DNA of 64,000 nucleotides. It comes from a virus. The position numbers and the translations under genes are program-made. Shown here piece after piece: positions 19,969 through 30,427 of this stretch. The DNA lies in IMG/VR virus record IMGVR_UViG_3300022198_002714, positions 25,753 to 89,752 of that record; one strand, 5' to 3'. Under the pieces are notes generated by a model. The model was not told the origin of the DNA and did not search any database. It worked only from the letters and a program-made list of their open reading frames with translations. The stretch's first letter is position 1; each line of letters begins with the position of its first letter.

Positions 19969-21741
19969 TTAGGCACCGCGAGGCCTTCGGGCGTTCATCA
20001 GCGCATTGCTGACGTTTTCTTGTAGGTTAGGCTGCGGACCCCGTTGTTGAACGCTACTAAACGGTGCGCCGCTACCAACCACGGTCCTTCGCTCAGGCGC
20101 AGCAGGCCCTCGATTACGCAGACCAACACCTTGACCACCGGGTTGAGGTGGCGGCATTGGCATGCCCGGAGGCATTCCACCAACCATTTGCGGTGGCATA
20201 CCCGGAGGCATACCCGGAGGCATACCCGGAGGCATACCCGGAGGCATACCCGGAGGCATACCCGGAGGCATGCCCGGAGGTGCGCCACCCGGAGGCATAC
20301 CCGGCATGCCTTGTTGTGGCTGCGGTTGTGGCTTGCGGTACACAAAGCGAATGTCGCGGTTAGAGGGGTCCTCAAGCAGTTCCGGTTGGAAGCCCAACTG
20401 AGCCATGCGTTGAGCGACGTTGAGTTCTTGTTCGTCACGACGGAGACGGGTAATTTCGTCTTCTTCCTCGTTGGGGTACAAGGTGAGTTTCCAATCGTTG
20501 ACGTTCATCTGTTTAAGCAGACGAGGAAACAGAACATCTGTGTACACCTTTTGACCGTACTCAACTGCACGGTTGGTGACAAGAATCTGCATACCTTCAT
20601 TGTTCAGTCCACCGGACTTGCCGGTGTCCACCATGAAGATGCTTGAAACGCCATAGAATGCGGCAATTCTGTTGCGAATCTCGTCACGGACCGGAATGTA
20701 TTGCATTTCCTCCAAGGTGTCCATGAACTTGACCCAATTCACGCCACCCTTGCCGGTTTGCGATTCAATACCAACACGGGGAATGTAGTGGGGGTCACGC
20801 TCCATCTTCTCGTCAACGGACTTCCAAAATGACTTCATGGACTCAAGATTGTCCGTAGTCACCGAGATGATACCCTTGGGCATCCGTCGCTTTTGATAGG
20901 CCGTGTACATGTAATTGTCCATAGCCGTGAGCGTCATGGCTTGACGCCACATGGTGTTGACGGGACTGCGACCGTACAACTTTGACGGAGTGTACTTGCT
21001 GACGTGAATTACTTCACCTTCAACGAAGTACTGCGTCTTTCCGCTACCGGCCATGTTGACGTAGTGAACGTCTTCAAGGTCACGACCACAGTTCTCGCAC
21101 ACCTTGTCGTCAGCATGCGTCTTCACTTCGTCACGATGGATGATGCAGACTTTGAATCGGCCACCGCGCACACCACGTTTGTCGGCCACAATCCGCATGA
21201 AGATGGGGTCACCGCGAACCATCTCCTTGACACGATAAAACGCAATCTCCTTGCTTTCAGGGTCAATGAAGTATTCTTTGACCAAGATGAGGAAAGCGTC
21301 ATCCACGATATTGAGGTCATTCTCAACTTCATGAAGCAGATGGACAAAAGATTGTTCCATCGAGTTTTCCTGTTTGAGCAACCATTTTGGGTACGTCAAC
21401 TCATCAGGGTCAGGCTTGCGCACTTCGCCACCGCATTGCTTGCAGGATTCCATTTCCTGTTGGTATTCTTCATCGCACACCGTACATTTGACTGTGAACT
21501 TCTTTTCCCAATAGTAGCCGCGACGAAACATCTCCTGACGCAACTTGGAAAGAACGGTGCGCAAAATTAGCGACTCGTTGCTGACTGCATAAAGCGCAGG
21601 GATGGTGATGCCCTGAGCCATTACGGGTTCCTGAATGCCGCTTGACCACAACGGCATGGTCGGCGTAGGAGACTCACGCGACTTGAACGGGCTACGAAGG
21701 CCTGACAGGAACCGAGAAATGCGTCCTTCTTCTGCCATCAT
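19969..21741 (-). CDS. Portal protein
   Basis: [25 protein letters not shown] portal motifs; follows terminase; carries CxxC insertions and a Pro/Gly/Met tail. Confidence 0.9.
   Translation of the reverse strand: MMAEEGRISRFLSGLRSPFKSRESPTPTMPLWSSGIQEPVMAQGITIPALYAVSNESLILRTVLSKLRQEMFRRGYYWEKKFTVKCTVCDEEYQQEMESCKQCGGEVRKPDPDELTYPKWLLKQENSMEQSFVHLLHEVENDLNIVDDAFLILVKEYFIDPESKEIAFYRVKEMVRGDPIFMRIVADKRGVRGGRFKVCIIHRDEVKTHADDKVCENCGRDLEDVHYVNMAGSGKTQYFVEGEVIHVSKYTPSKLYGRSPVNTMWRQAMTLTAMDNYMYTAYQKRRMPKGIISVTTDNLESMKSFWKSVDEKMERDPHYIPRVGIESQTGKGGVNWVKFMDTLEEMQYIPVRDEIRNRIAAFYGVSSIFMVDTGKSGGLNNEGMQILVTNRAVEYGQKVYTDVLFPRLLKQMNVNDWKLTLYPNEEEDEITRLRRDEQELNVAQRMAQLGFQPELLEDPSNRDIRFVYRKPQPQPQQGMPGMPPGGAPPGMPPGMPPGMPPGMPPGMPPGMPPGMPPQMVGGMPPGMPMPPPQPGGQGVGLRNRGPAAPERRTVVGSGAPFSSVQQRGPQPNLQENVSNALMNARRPRGA
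20195..20280. repeat. 12-bp tandem repeat (GGCATACCCGGA x~7) encoding PPGM
   Basis: Directly visible; in-frame in the portal C-terminus. Confidence 0.95.
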
Positions 21742-23045
21742 AGCCCCTCCGCGTATGCACCTATGGTATCGGCATCAATTCCCCACTTATCAAGAAGCCC
21801 GTTGGCTTTCACCGTATGGTCCTTCCAATTTGAAAAGGTGACAAGTCGGTACAATTCCTGCTTTCGCATAAAATCATCTTCATCCACATACGATAGCATG
21901 GCTCTTGCTTGTGTGGTCTTGAGCATCATGTGAGGAAGTGTAGCCTTAAGGACACGGCGAATGTCGTCCTTGCGTGAAAAAATAAGTCGGTGTACACTCT
22001 TCTTGGTGTTGTGAGACACCTTTTGGTCCGTGACAAGACGACCACATCCGGTAGCCTTGTGCAAGTCTTCGCACAGTTGTTTTCCTGAATCGCCACTTGC
22101 TACAAAGGTCACACGGGGGTCACCGCGTTCGCTGATAAAAATACTGCCGTCAGAATCGAGTGAACCCGCCATGTACGCCCAAATGTCCTTGATGATGAAT
22201 CCATCACGACCTAAAAGAACGTAGTCACCACGTGATGTACTTTTGAAGATGTTTAATTCTTCACCGTACATTTTGAGCAGCGCACCCATTCGTTGCGCCG
22301 TCATGTTGCGGTCCAACGTGTCTGCACCACGGCGAAGCAACTCTCGGCTGCTTAAGTGTCCATGAGCCTGCAACTCTTCTGCTGCAAAGTACAGGGCATC
22401 TTGTTCTGCTTTGTTCAGCGTGTCCACTTGATGCAGTACATTTTGCCACATTTTGCGAGCATCTTTCTGCAATTGCATAGCGTCAACCCACGATTGTTGG
22501 TCGTTTTCATCCCAATCCACTTTGTCGTTGAGCATTTGCAACACGGTGTTGGCCTTGAGGAATTGATGACAAGCCTTTTGCAACGACACGCTACGGTTTT
22601 CACCAAACTTTCGCAACGCCTTGAGGCTGCGGTCGGATAGCCCCATCTGTTTAATCACACTCTCCATGCCTTCAGCCCACGACAGATTGTTGATGGTCGC
22701 TTCAACCTCCATGGCCTTCAGTTGTCGAACAAGTCCAATCGTTTCGTCGTATTCGTCACGGTTGTCTTTGTCGTGCCGCCGCATCTTGCGACACTCACGA
22801 ATAATGGTGTCAGCATCCTTGCCCCAATACGTTTCAAGCCATCCGTCACCGTTCTTTGGAAACTCGCGCTTTCGCAGGTCTTCTTTGATAAATACAGTTG
22901 AGGTGGTTTGCAGCGGCAAATCGTTCTCATTGAACATAGGATGCTGAGAAAGCGCGTTGAGTACCATTTTTGTCAAGGGGTCTTCAACGACCATGGGCAC
23001 GTCGTACACGTCACCCACCAATGCACTCCCCCACATAATGACCAC
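21738..23045 (-). CDS. Protein with C-terminal LAGLIDADG endonuclease domain
   Basis: WAYMAGSLDSDGSI...PRVTF...LPHMMLK single-motif LAGLIDADG pattern after a ~285-aa helical N-terminus. Confidence 0.75.
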   Translation of the reverse strand: MVIMWGSALVGDVYDVPMVVEDPLTKMVLNALSQHPMFNENDLPLQTTSTVFIKEDLRKREFPKNGDGWLETYWGKDADTIIRECRKMRRHDKDNRDEYDETIGLVRQLKAMEVEATINNLSWAEGMESVIKQMGLSDRSLKALRKFGENRSVSLQKACHQFLKANTVLQMLNDKVDWDENDQQSWVDAMQLQKDARKMWQNVLHQVDTLNKAEQDALYFAAEELQAHGHLSSRELLRRGADTLDRNMTAQRMGALLKMYGEELNIFKSTSRGDYVLLGRDGFIIKDIWAYMAGSLDSDGSIFISERGDPRVTFVASGDSGKQLCEDLHKATGCGRLVTDQKVSHNTKKSVHRLIFSRKDDIRRVLKATLPHMMLKTTQARAMLSYVDEDDFMRKQELYRLVTFSNWKDHTVKANGLLDKWGIDADTIGAYAEGL

Positions 23046-23089
23046 TCACTTGACCATTGGTTAAAAACCCCACTCAGGAAACGGGTAAA

Positions 23090-24577
23090 TCAGGGGGTAA
23101 GCCATCCATCAAAGCCTCCTTTTTCTTCCTGATTACCACCACTAAGCCAATCGGCAAATCCGGGCATGTAGTCGTCAAGCATAACAAGCGAGCCACGGAA
23201 CTCCTTGGTACCCCAATTCGCCAAAGCAAGGGCCATTGCCAAGTCGTCGTGCGTACCCACGCTTTCCAACTTCCCGTTTTTCTGCATGCCGAAACGGTTG
23301 AGTTCTTGCTCCAACTTGTGCGTGAACTCACGGCTCCGCTCATCCCCATAGGGTGTGCGAATCTGACCTTGCTCAAACGCCATGAGCAAGGACATGAACA
23401 TGGATTCCTTACGCTGACGGGTGGTCATGAACGTCTTGATGGGAATGTCGTTGCGCATGTCTTGCAGTTCAGCAGCAAACATGCGTTGGAAGTTGTTTCC
23501 TTCAAGTTCAATCAAATCAGGTTGGAAGCGGTTGTTCATCATCAGGATTTGCCGTTTCTGCGCAGCACCGCTCATTCCACGTTCGTGATGCGCACCAATG
23601 ATTTGTTTGGTACCGTCATCGGGTAACGTACGTAACACAAGCATAGCGGTAAAGTCAGCGTTCTTGTCCGAGGCAATAGCCGTGTCCCATCCGATGAAAT
23701 GCTGACCAAAGATGCCTGTTGATTCACCTTCTTCGTCGTATTCCATTTCAGCGCGGTCAAGCAACACAAGTTCCTTGTCCCTTGCTTTTTCAAGAATGTC
23801 GTTGGGAAACATACTCGCAACGTCGTGAATCGGCTCGCACAGGTATTCACGGGAGAATTGAATAGCAGGCATGGAAAGTCGCCGTTGGTCAAGCGATTCC
23901 AAATCCCATCGCTCAGGCCACAGGGCTTTTCCTTCGTTGTTGATGGCAGGGTAGGTTTCAACGGTGAATGCCTCACGTTGCTCAAGTTCTGCGTACAGGT
24001 CGTTGTACGAAAAAGGTGTACCAACAATCATCATGCGACCGGAGTGGTGCAGCACAGGAAGCAGCACACCATAGAACCAATCAGCAGCACGTTGCAATTC
24101 AGTACCGGTCGTACCCCACAGAATGTCGTCGCACACAACCACGTTCGGGTGGAAACCACGGGTACCACCACCCACGGACTTTGCCATCATACGGCTTCCG
24201 TTTGCAAAGTCAAAGTAGGTTTTTCGCCACGGTCGCCCTTCGGGAATAAGGTGTTTCAGACACGGGGTGGTTTCGATGTTGTTGCGAATGAACCGCATGT
24301 GTTCAAGCGTCTGCTCAAGTGAGTGGCTGAAAATCATGATGTGAGTGTTGGGTTGAAACGCCGCAATCCACAGGGCATAGGACATGAAAAACACGGACTT
24401 GCCGTGGTCACGGCTTGCTTTGACACAGTAGTAGCGGTTGTCACTCAACCCTTTGTCCCAACATTCGTGATGGAACGAATAGTCATAGCCAAGAATCTCG
24501 GTGAAGAAGTACCTGAAGGACTTGGCCGACATTTCACGGTCCATCTCAAGGATGAACTGATTCATGTCTTCCTTCAT
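23090..24577 (-). CDS. terL: Terminase large subunit
   Basis: Walker A ASRDHGKS, Walker B VVVCDD, coupling motif VGTP, nuclease GWDTA and HDDLAMALALA. Confidence 0.95.
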   Translation of the reverse strand: MKEDMNQFILEMDREMSAKSFRYFFTEILGYDYSFHHECWDKGLSDNRYYCVKASRDHGKSVFFMSYALWIAAFQPNTHIMIFSHSLEQTLEHMRFIRNNIETTPCLKHLIPEGRPWRKTYFDFANGSRMMAKSVGGGTRGFHPNVVVCDDILWGTTGTELQRAADWFYGVLLPVLHHSGRMMIVGTPFSYNDLYAELEQREAFTVETYPAINNEGKALWPERWDLESLDQRRLSMPAIQFSREYLCEPIHDVASMFPNDILEKARDKELVLLDRAEMEYDEEGESTGIFGQHFIGWDTAIASDKNADFTAMLVLRTLPDDGTKQIIGAHHERGMSGAAQKRQILMMNNRFQPDLIELEGNNFQRMFAAELQDMRNDIPIKTFMTTRQRKESMFMSLLMAFEQGQIRTPYGDERSREFTHKLEQELNRFGMQKNGKLESVGTHDDLAMALALANWGTKEFRGSLVMLDDYMPGFADWLSGGNQEEKGGFDGWLTP

Positions 24578-25326
24578 CGGCTCAACCTCTTGAGCAAGTA
24601 GTCCATCGCATGTTCAAACGGCTCAGCAGAACGATTGAATCGTTGGTCGTACAGGTTGGTTTGTCCTTGGAGTAATCGCGCTGCTTCAGCGGGGTCAACA
24701 GGTGTTCCCTGCTGCTGAGCAGGCTGAGCAGGCTGAGCAGCAGCAGGCTGAGCAGGAGGTTGTCCCGGCATCGTCGGCAAAACCCCCGCTGCATGTGCAG
24801 GGTCAACAGGTGAAGCGGTAGGTGCAGCGGTAGGTGTAGCGGTAGGTGTAGCGGTTTGAGATGGACCCATACCCGGTAGCATCATTTGGTCCGGTCGGAG
24901 TGGGGAACCATCAGGAGCAGTCGCACCCGGTGCAACAGGCTCCATGTGTGGGGGTTGCTGCTGAGTAGGTGAAGATTGAGTTTGAGGTTGAGTTTGAGGT
25001 TGAGTTTCCTTTTGCCTTTCAATGAACTGCCACGGTTGGTTTGCAAGGTACTGTGCGTACGCACCCATAGGAGCAGCGAGGTTGCCCCCTTGCATTTGGT
25101 CTGCAATTTGTTGCGTGGTAGCCGCAGCAGAAAGACCGCGACCTGCCAAATCAGCAATAGCACCAAGTCTTTGCCATCCTTGCCCTTTCTGACCTGTTTT
25201 TCGTCCAAAGGCCACGCCCGCAAGTTCACGAATTGATGGGCCTTTACCACCAACCACCAACTGCAAACCGCCACTTGGTATCTGCTGCAACGCAGTTTCA
25301 GATTTACGAACGAGTACGGGCTTCAT
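24574..25326 (-). CDS. Gln/Pro/Ala low-complexity protein with C-terminal tag
   Basis: QPQT, TPTA and AQP repeats; ends AEPFEHAMDYLLKRLSR. Confidence 0.7.
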   Translation of the reverse strand: MKPVLVRKSETALQQIPSGGLQLVVGGKGPSIRELAGVAFGRKTGQKGQGWQRLGAIADLAGRGLSAAATTQQIADQMQGGNLAAPMGAYAQYLANQPWQFIERQKETQPQTQPQTQSSPTQQQPPHMEPVAPGATAPDGSPLRPDQMMLPGMGPSQTATPTATPTAAPTASPVDPAHAAGVLPTMPGQPPAQPAAAQPAQPAQQQGTPVDPAEAARLLQGQTNLYDQRFNRSAEPFEHAMDYLLKRLSR

Positions 25327-25330
25327 GATT

Positions 25331-27475
25331 TCACCTCATACTTATTTTAATGACCTTGACGACCTCGGGTTGGACGTTGTACGACTTCGCAATTTTGTGC
25401 CAATCACCCATCGTGTGATGAATGTTGGTTACTTCCTCGGAGGTAAGCCCAACGTATGAAGCCAACTGACGGGAGGACGTGCGGGAAGAACTGAGGTGTT
25501 TCACCACGTTGTTGTCCAATTCAGCCTCGCGGTACTGCATTCGCTCAAGTGCTTTCATCACTTGGTCCATCACAGGCAGATGTATGTCTTCGCTGCGCAT
25601 GAACTGCGACAACAAAGTTTGGCGTGGGTCAGACAGGCCTGCTTGGGCGCGTGCTTCAACGGGAGACAACTCAGGCGAAGCAGCAGGCCGCTGCCGACCA
25701 CGACCTGCGAGGTCGAGCATTTCCCTGAACTGTGCAGGGGTATAGCGGCCAATGTCCGGTCGAATGGCTTGGAAATCAGCCGACAAGGGTTGAGGTGTCC
25801 CTGCGTCTGCGAGCGGCGGAGGTGATGAGCCGCTTGTTGGGAGAGGCACCGTAGCCGACGGATGAGCGGACGCCGGTACGGGTGCAGACGCAGGGACTTC
25901 TTGTGGTAGGTCACCGGGGTTGTAGTCAGCAAAGTCTTCAACCCACGCATAATCGTAATTTTCCATATGTGGCTCAAGCCTAAGTTGTGGCTCAAGCATA
26001 TCACCGTGATAATTCTGAATGTGCATAGGTCGGCCAAGCGGCTTGTTTGGTACCTCACCTACGTCTTTTCGCTCATGACCGCGAGCCACCATTTGATGTT
26101 CAGCAAGCCCTTCAATTAAACGACGATTGAGATTAACTTGCTCTTGTTCATCAGGAGCAATACTTTCTAATTGAACGTCACGCAATTTGGAACTGCCGTC
26201 TTCGTTAGCGCCAAACATGTTTGCAAGAGCCATGACACGTCCTGCCTTAGCATGCATACCTGTCCCTTTACCGCTCCCTCCCGCCGTGTAGTACTCGCTA
26301 TGCTCGTCATGAGAAAGGCCTGAATAATCTTCAAGCCTTCCCATTACGTTGTTGAACAATTTCATGAAATTGCCTCCTTGTTGGTTTGCTCGACCAAACA
26401 AAAACATCATTGCAGGCACCGATGAAATCTCCTTAATGACCGCTTGCTGATATTCAGGAGTGAGCAGGGCTTCTTGCAACGGTCGTTGGATTCTTTGTCC
26501 TTCAAACGTAAAGGTCACAGGAAAATTAGGTATGGCGTCAACATTGCCTCCACTTAGGGCTTGTCGAATATGGTCTGCCGTCCTTCTTTGCAAATCAATG
26601 GCTTCCCTGTTTTGGGGCATTGGTTTGAAAAACACATCAGGAAGATGATGCAGCACTTGCCACGTAAATGCTTCTTGTTGTTCTGCGGGTCTGAACTCAT
26701 CAGGAAACGGAACTTTTGACCCATCAATATACGCGGAGCCGGGGTCACGTTGTTCGGAGCGAATGTACTTCGGGGGTGTGGTGTAGTTCGCATATACAAA
26801 CGGTTTGTCATGCAACAAAAATCTGACATTATGCGCAAGCATGTCAATTACTTCAGGTGAAAAATGCTGCTCAAGCAGTTGTCGCAATTCGACGTTGAAG
26901 GGTAAGTAGTACGATTCAATGAACTTCCCATTTGGGTTTTCAGCGGCGTTGTTGTTTGTCAGCAACGTAATCTTGGTGCCGTCTTGCGAACGAGTTGGTC
27001 GAGTTGTCTTGTCAGGATGCATTTCCACCTGTTTTGGTAGGGGTGCAGAACGCAACTTTCGCCATTGAAGGCTCTCAAACGGTGCCAAATGGTGTTTTTC
27101 GTTTGGGTGCTTTTGGTTGAACAAGTCAATTGCTTGATTGAAAAGATTGACAACATCAGGAGATGAAATAGAAGGAACATGCCCTTGCAATGCACGAAGC
27201 AAGCGGTATGCAGCCGCATCAATACCGTGTTGGAAAAATCGAGGGCCGTTTGGGTGGTCCCTTTCACGGGTGTGGTAGTAGTAAATGCCGCCATCGTCTT
27301 TGGCCCATTCTCCATCATACACGTTGCCTGCACCATCGTGGGCAAAGGCAGGTAAGTCCAAGTTTCCCATTGGCTTGAAGGCCGCAGGTGGAGGGTTTCG
27401 CATGACGAACCTACCGTTAGGTCCTGAGTGAATCAGACCCCACGCCTTCTGAATGATGAACGAATTGTACATCAT
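25331..27475 (-). CDS. Large hypothetical protein (candidate internal virion protein)
   Basis: 714 aa, coupled; Pro-rich linker and HTH-like C-terminus. Confidence 0.7.
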   Translation of the reverse strand: MMYNSFIIQKAWGLIHSGPNGRFVMRNPPPAAFKPMGNLDLPAFAHDGAGNVYDGEWAKDDGGIYYYHTRERDHPNGPRFFQHGIDAAAYRLLRALQGHVPSISSPDVVNLFNQAIDLFNQKHPNEKHHLAPFESLQWRKLRSAPLPKQVEMHPDKTTRPTRSQDGTKITLLTNNNAAENPNGKFIESYYLPFNVELRQLLEQHFSPEVIDMLAHNVRFLLHDKPFVYANYTTPPKYIRSEQRDPGSAYIDGSKVPFPDEFRPAEQQEAFTWQVLHHLPDVFFKPMPQNREAIDLQRRTADHIRQALSGGNVDAIPNFPVTFTFEGQRIQRPLQEALLTPEYQQAVIKEISSVPAMMFLFGRANQQGGNFMKLFNNVMGRLEDYSGLSHDEHSEYYTAGGSGKGTGMHAKAGRVMALANMFGANEDGSSKLRDVQLESIAPDEQEQVNLNRRLIEGLAEHQMVARGHERKDVGEVPNKPLGRPMHIQNYHGDMLEPQLRLEPHMENYDYAWVEDFADYNPGDLPQEVPASAPVPASAHPSATVPLPTSGSSPPPLADAGTPQPLSADFQAIRPDIGRYTPAQFREMLDLAGRGRQRPAASPELSPVEARAQAGLSDPRQTLLSQFMRSEDIHLPVMDQVMKALERMQYREAELDNNVVKHLSSSRTSSRQLASYVGLTSEEVTNIHHTMGDWHKIAKSYNVQPEVVKVIKISMR

Positions 27476-29475
27476 CCCATATGCCCCCGTTGTGAGACAA
27501 GATAGCCCGCCGGGTCAAGACCAAACTGCTTAGCGTCTGTCTCGTCGTTTTCTGTCGGTCCTTCAGGGTCCGACTCATTTTTGGGACTTACACCGGCAGG
27601 ATGAGCAGGAACGTGACCGTTCTCCATTGCGCTTTGTGTACCTGCTTTTTCCAACTTATTTACTCGCTCCAATGCAGCCATGATGCGGCGCATAATGTTG
27701 AGTCGCTCAGTTGTGCGAGCGGCTCGACCCTTGAGCATCTCACTCTCGGTACGCTCTTCACTCATCATAATGGACGAGGGAGCAGATGGAGCAGATGGAG
27801 CAGATGGGATGCCGGGGACCATGGACGATTGCGGTGAAGGCATCATTGGCGGCATGGGTGGCATCGGTGGGCGTGGCATACGGGGCATACGGGGTTGATG
27901 GACTCTCAATGGACGAAGTGCGGGTTGCCTCATTTGTCCTGCTTGACCGGGCAAGAGTCCGCTGAGTCTTCCTGCTCCGGTGGGTCCGGCATAACTGCCT
28001 CGCTCGGCGTAGCGGGCGTGGGGTGAGAAAGTTGTGCGTACATTGCCGAGAATCTTGCGAGCCTCAGATTGGCCCATGTACTGACGGTACTTTTGCGGGT
28101 CTTTCGACATGGGTTGTTTCGTCGCAATGCCACGGTGACTCATCTCCACAGATAGGTGAGGTAACATCAACCCCGTTTTCTTTCCACCCTTGATACCACG
28201 CATGCGAGCGCGGAAGCGCCGCATGGTAGCACCGCTTGGGTCCATGCCGCCGGGTGGCCGCTTAAATTGTCCTGTGGAGGGACGAAACTCGCGCCGCGCT
28301 TCACGACGGCGACGGGCTTCGATGGTACCGGGTGTTTCACGTTTCAACAACGCAGACCAAGCATCTTCCATTGGTTCAGCACGGTTGAGGTCTTGCCATC
28401 CATAGCCAAACATAGGATTTTTGTTTTCCATGATGCGAGTGTTTGCCTCGTCAAAATACGGTTCACGCTCTTCTGCTGAAAGATTGTCAAAGTCAGGATG
28501 CATCATTATGTCAGCGAGTGCTTGGTGGCTAAGGTTCATGTGCGGTCGTTCTGCCAAACCTTCCATCATCATGCTTTGACGCAGTTTTTCTTGTTGCCGC
28601 TCATGAGCAATAGCATCGTCTTCTTTCAGCAACGTGGACCAAGCATCTTTCATTGGTTCACTTGCCAATTTTTTCCATTGAGAAGGGTGTACCGCATGCG
28701 CTCTTGTTACGTCACGGGCCATGTGGTCAGTTCTTGGCGTTGTTCTCCCTAAATCAAAATCAATTCCACCGGGCATTTCCAATTGACTGTCTTGCCATGC
28801 GTCAAACATCATCTCCCAAATTGAATTGTCAATGTCTTCTTGACTCAATTCAGGAAAATCGCCGTACATTCGTTGCATACCTCTTTGCATGAATGGATTA
28901 CCTTGAAGCCTTAGCCACTCAATTTTTTCATCATTGGACATACCTTCAATGTAATCCCACAAAGAATTGGTGACGCCCATCAAATGCTCATCTGCTTCAT
29001 CATTCCAAATCTGCTCATCAGGATGAATGTAGTCTTCGTCTTCTTTCAGCAACGTGGACCAAGCATCTTTCATTGGCTCGCTCATAAAGAGCGGTACAGG
29101 ACCGGTCATTGCGCTACCGGTACCTGTCTTGGCCCCCGTAGCCATGTCAAGCATATGACCGCGACTGCCCGCAGGACCGCCCTGCAATCCGAGTTCTCGC
29201 TCTAAGTCCTGCTTGTTGCCGTCGTCCTCACCCATTGGTGACTCGGCACCGTCAAGAGGCAACTTTGCGCTGACCTTGATGTGCTTGATTTTGCTGCGCT
29301 TTTCTTTGCGCTCTTGTTCACGCTGCTTCCGCTCTTCGCGGCGGCGTTCCATGTCTTCCGGGGACGTGGGCGAGTACTTGTCCTCGTCCTCGTTAGCCGA
29401 CGAGTACATCTTGTCGGACTCGCTACGCGGCGAGTACATACGAGTGTCCGAGCCGCGTCCCATCATCGGCATCAC
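27472..29475 (-). CDS. Modular protein with three tag repeats
   Basis: SEPMKDAWSTLLKED twice and AEPMEDAWSALLKR; acidic and basic modules between them. Confidence 0.75.
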   Translation of the reverse strand: MMPMMGRGSDTRMYSPRSESDKMYSSANEDEDKYSPTSPEDMERRREERKQREQERKEKRSKIKHIKVSAKLPLDGAESPMGEDDGNKQDLERELGLQGGPAGSRGHMLDMATGAKTGTGSAMTGPVPLFMSEPMKDAWSTLLKEDEDYIHPDEQIWNDEADEHLMGVTNSLWDYIEGMSNDEKIEWLRLQGNPFMQRGMQRMYGDFPELSQEDIDNSIWEMMFDAWQDSQLEMPGGIDFDLGRTTPRTDHMARDVTRAHAVHPSQWKKLASEPMKDAWSTLLKEDDAIAHERQQEKLRQSMMMEGLAERPHMNLSHQALADIMMHPDFDNLSAEEREPYFDEANTRIMENKNPMFGYGWQDLNRAEPMEDAWSALLKRETPGTIEARRRREARREFRPSTGQFKRPPGGMDPSGATMRRFRARMRGIKGGKKTGLMLPHLSVEMSHRGIATKQPMSKDPQKYRQYMGQSEARKILGNVRTTFSPHARYAERGSYAGPTGAGRLSGLLPGQAGQMRQPALRPLRVHQPRMPRMPRPPMPPMPPMMPSPQSSMVPGIPSAPSAPSAPSSIMMSEERTESEMLKGRAARTTERLNIMRRIMAALERVNKLEKAGTQSAMENGHVPAHPAGVSPKNESDPEGPTENDETDAKQFGLDPAGYLVSQRGHMG
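28616..29076. repeat. 41-bp exact direct repeat (28616-28656, 29036-29076); diverged third copy ~28342-28377
   Basis: tcgtcttctttcagcaacgtggaccaagcatctttcattgg twice, 420 bp apart. Confidence 0.9.
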
Positions 29476-30152
29476 TCCACCCCCATGTTCTCCATCAATT
29501 GCGCCTTAAGTCGCGCCCATACTTCAGGACTCTCCTTGCTCAATTCGACTTGCAAGATGTTGAAGGTCTGATTGACCTGCTGCGTGTCGCTTTGCGCACC
29601 CCATTGGTCTTGGAATCGAAGCAGGTCTTTGACTGTTTCACGAACTTCTTTGTGCAGCGACACCGCATCGCGCACGAAACCGTCTTCGTGAACGCTACCT
29701 TCGTCAAGCAATTCGCTCAACTTGTGGTTGAGCCGCTCAGCGTTGCTTCGCAACAAATCAATCTCGGTCCCTGCACGCAGGGCGACTTCGATGGCAGCCG
29801 TCTTTTGCACAAGCGGCTGAAAATGATTCTTCATGTGTTGATAGACCACGTTTTCGCTGACTTCTAATTCCTGAGCAATAAGGTCGCTATTGCCTGTGTT
29901 AAAGTACATCTCTTCGTAGGCCGCACGCTGATGAGACGTACAGACAGGACAACCGGAGTTGGATGCGAGGTGAAACTCGCCCATGTGGTTGCGGTAGTGC
30001 CGCTCGGTGGTGTTGCTTCGCCACTCCTTGTCTTTGTCCAACTGCTTTGGTGAAATGTGACCGTCGAGTAGGCCTTGTTCAAGCCCATCCCGTTCTTCGT
30101 CCATGCAGAAAGCGCATGACCGTTTGTACACACGGTCGTCGCTCATGTGCAT
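29472..30152 (-). CDS. Putative terminase small subunit (duplicated CxxC...HxxxH HTH plus coiled coil)
   Basis: CAFC...RHYRNH and CPVC...QHMKNH repeats followed by helical hairpin and QVNQTFNIL; upstream of TerL. Start at 30152 or 30146. Confidence 0.5.
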   Translation of the reverse strand: MHMSDDRVYKRSCAFCMDEERDGLEQGLLDGHISPKQLDKDKEWRSNTTERHYRNHMGEFHLASNSGCPVCTSHQRAAYEEMYFNTGNSDLIAQELEVSENVVYQHMKNHFQPLVQKTAAIEVALRAGTEIDLLRSNAERLNHKLSELLDEGSVHEDGFVRDAVSLHKEVRETVKDLLRFQDQWGAQSDTQQVNQTFNILQVELSKESPEVWARLKAQLMENMGVE

Positions 30153-30183
30153 TCTTAAGTGAGTCTGCTTCAAAAGCGTTCTG

Positions 30184-30426
30184 TCATCGAATGATGCGAG
30201 CATACACACCGGTCAACGCAAGAACGCTACCAAACAAGCCAACTACGTAGTAGGACATGGAAGATGCAGGCAAATTGTTACCCTTGAATAAAATGATAGC
30301 CGTGAGGACAAGAATAGCCGAAATGAACTGAACCATAATCATGTCAACAATGACGCTGCGCTCAGGGTTCAACACGTCAAGAGTGGTCGTGGCAATTCCA
30401 CGTGGCATGTACGATTTATCCTGCAT
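30184..30426 (-). CDS. Small two-TM membrane protein
   Basis: Hydrophobic segments VIVDMIMVQFISAILVLTAIILF and YYVVGLFGSVLALTGVYA. Confidence 0.7.
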   Translation of the reverse strand: MQDKSYMPRGIATTTLDVLNPERSVIVDMIMVQFISAILVLTAIILFKGNNLPASSMSYYVVGLFGSVLALTGVYARIIR

Positions 30427-30427
30427 A

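Noticed and set aside
21738-24577. Intein or intron splitting terminase or portal
   Set aside because: TerL and portal each appear complete; the LAGLIDADG ORF has no N-terminal Cys/Ser block or C-terminal His-Asn.
8450-27475. Additional tag copies: MNKMAYVLVKA (8487), MMYNSFIIQKAW (27475), PVMDQVMKAL (~25560)
   Set aside because: Only partial matches; possibly related but not counted.
7316-29076. Direct repeats as DGR template/variable repeats
   Set aside because: No reverse transcriptase in the window; the copies are in-frame within one gene and differences are few and not adenine-specific.
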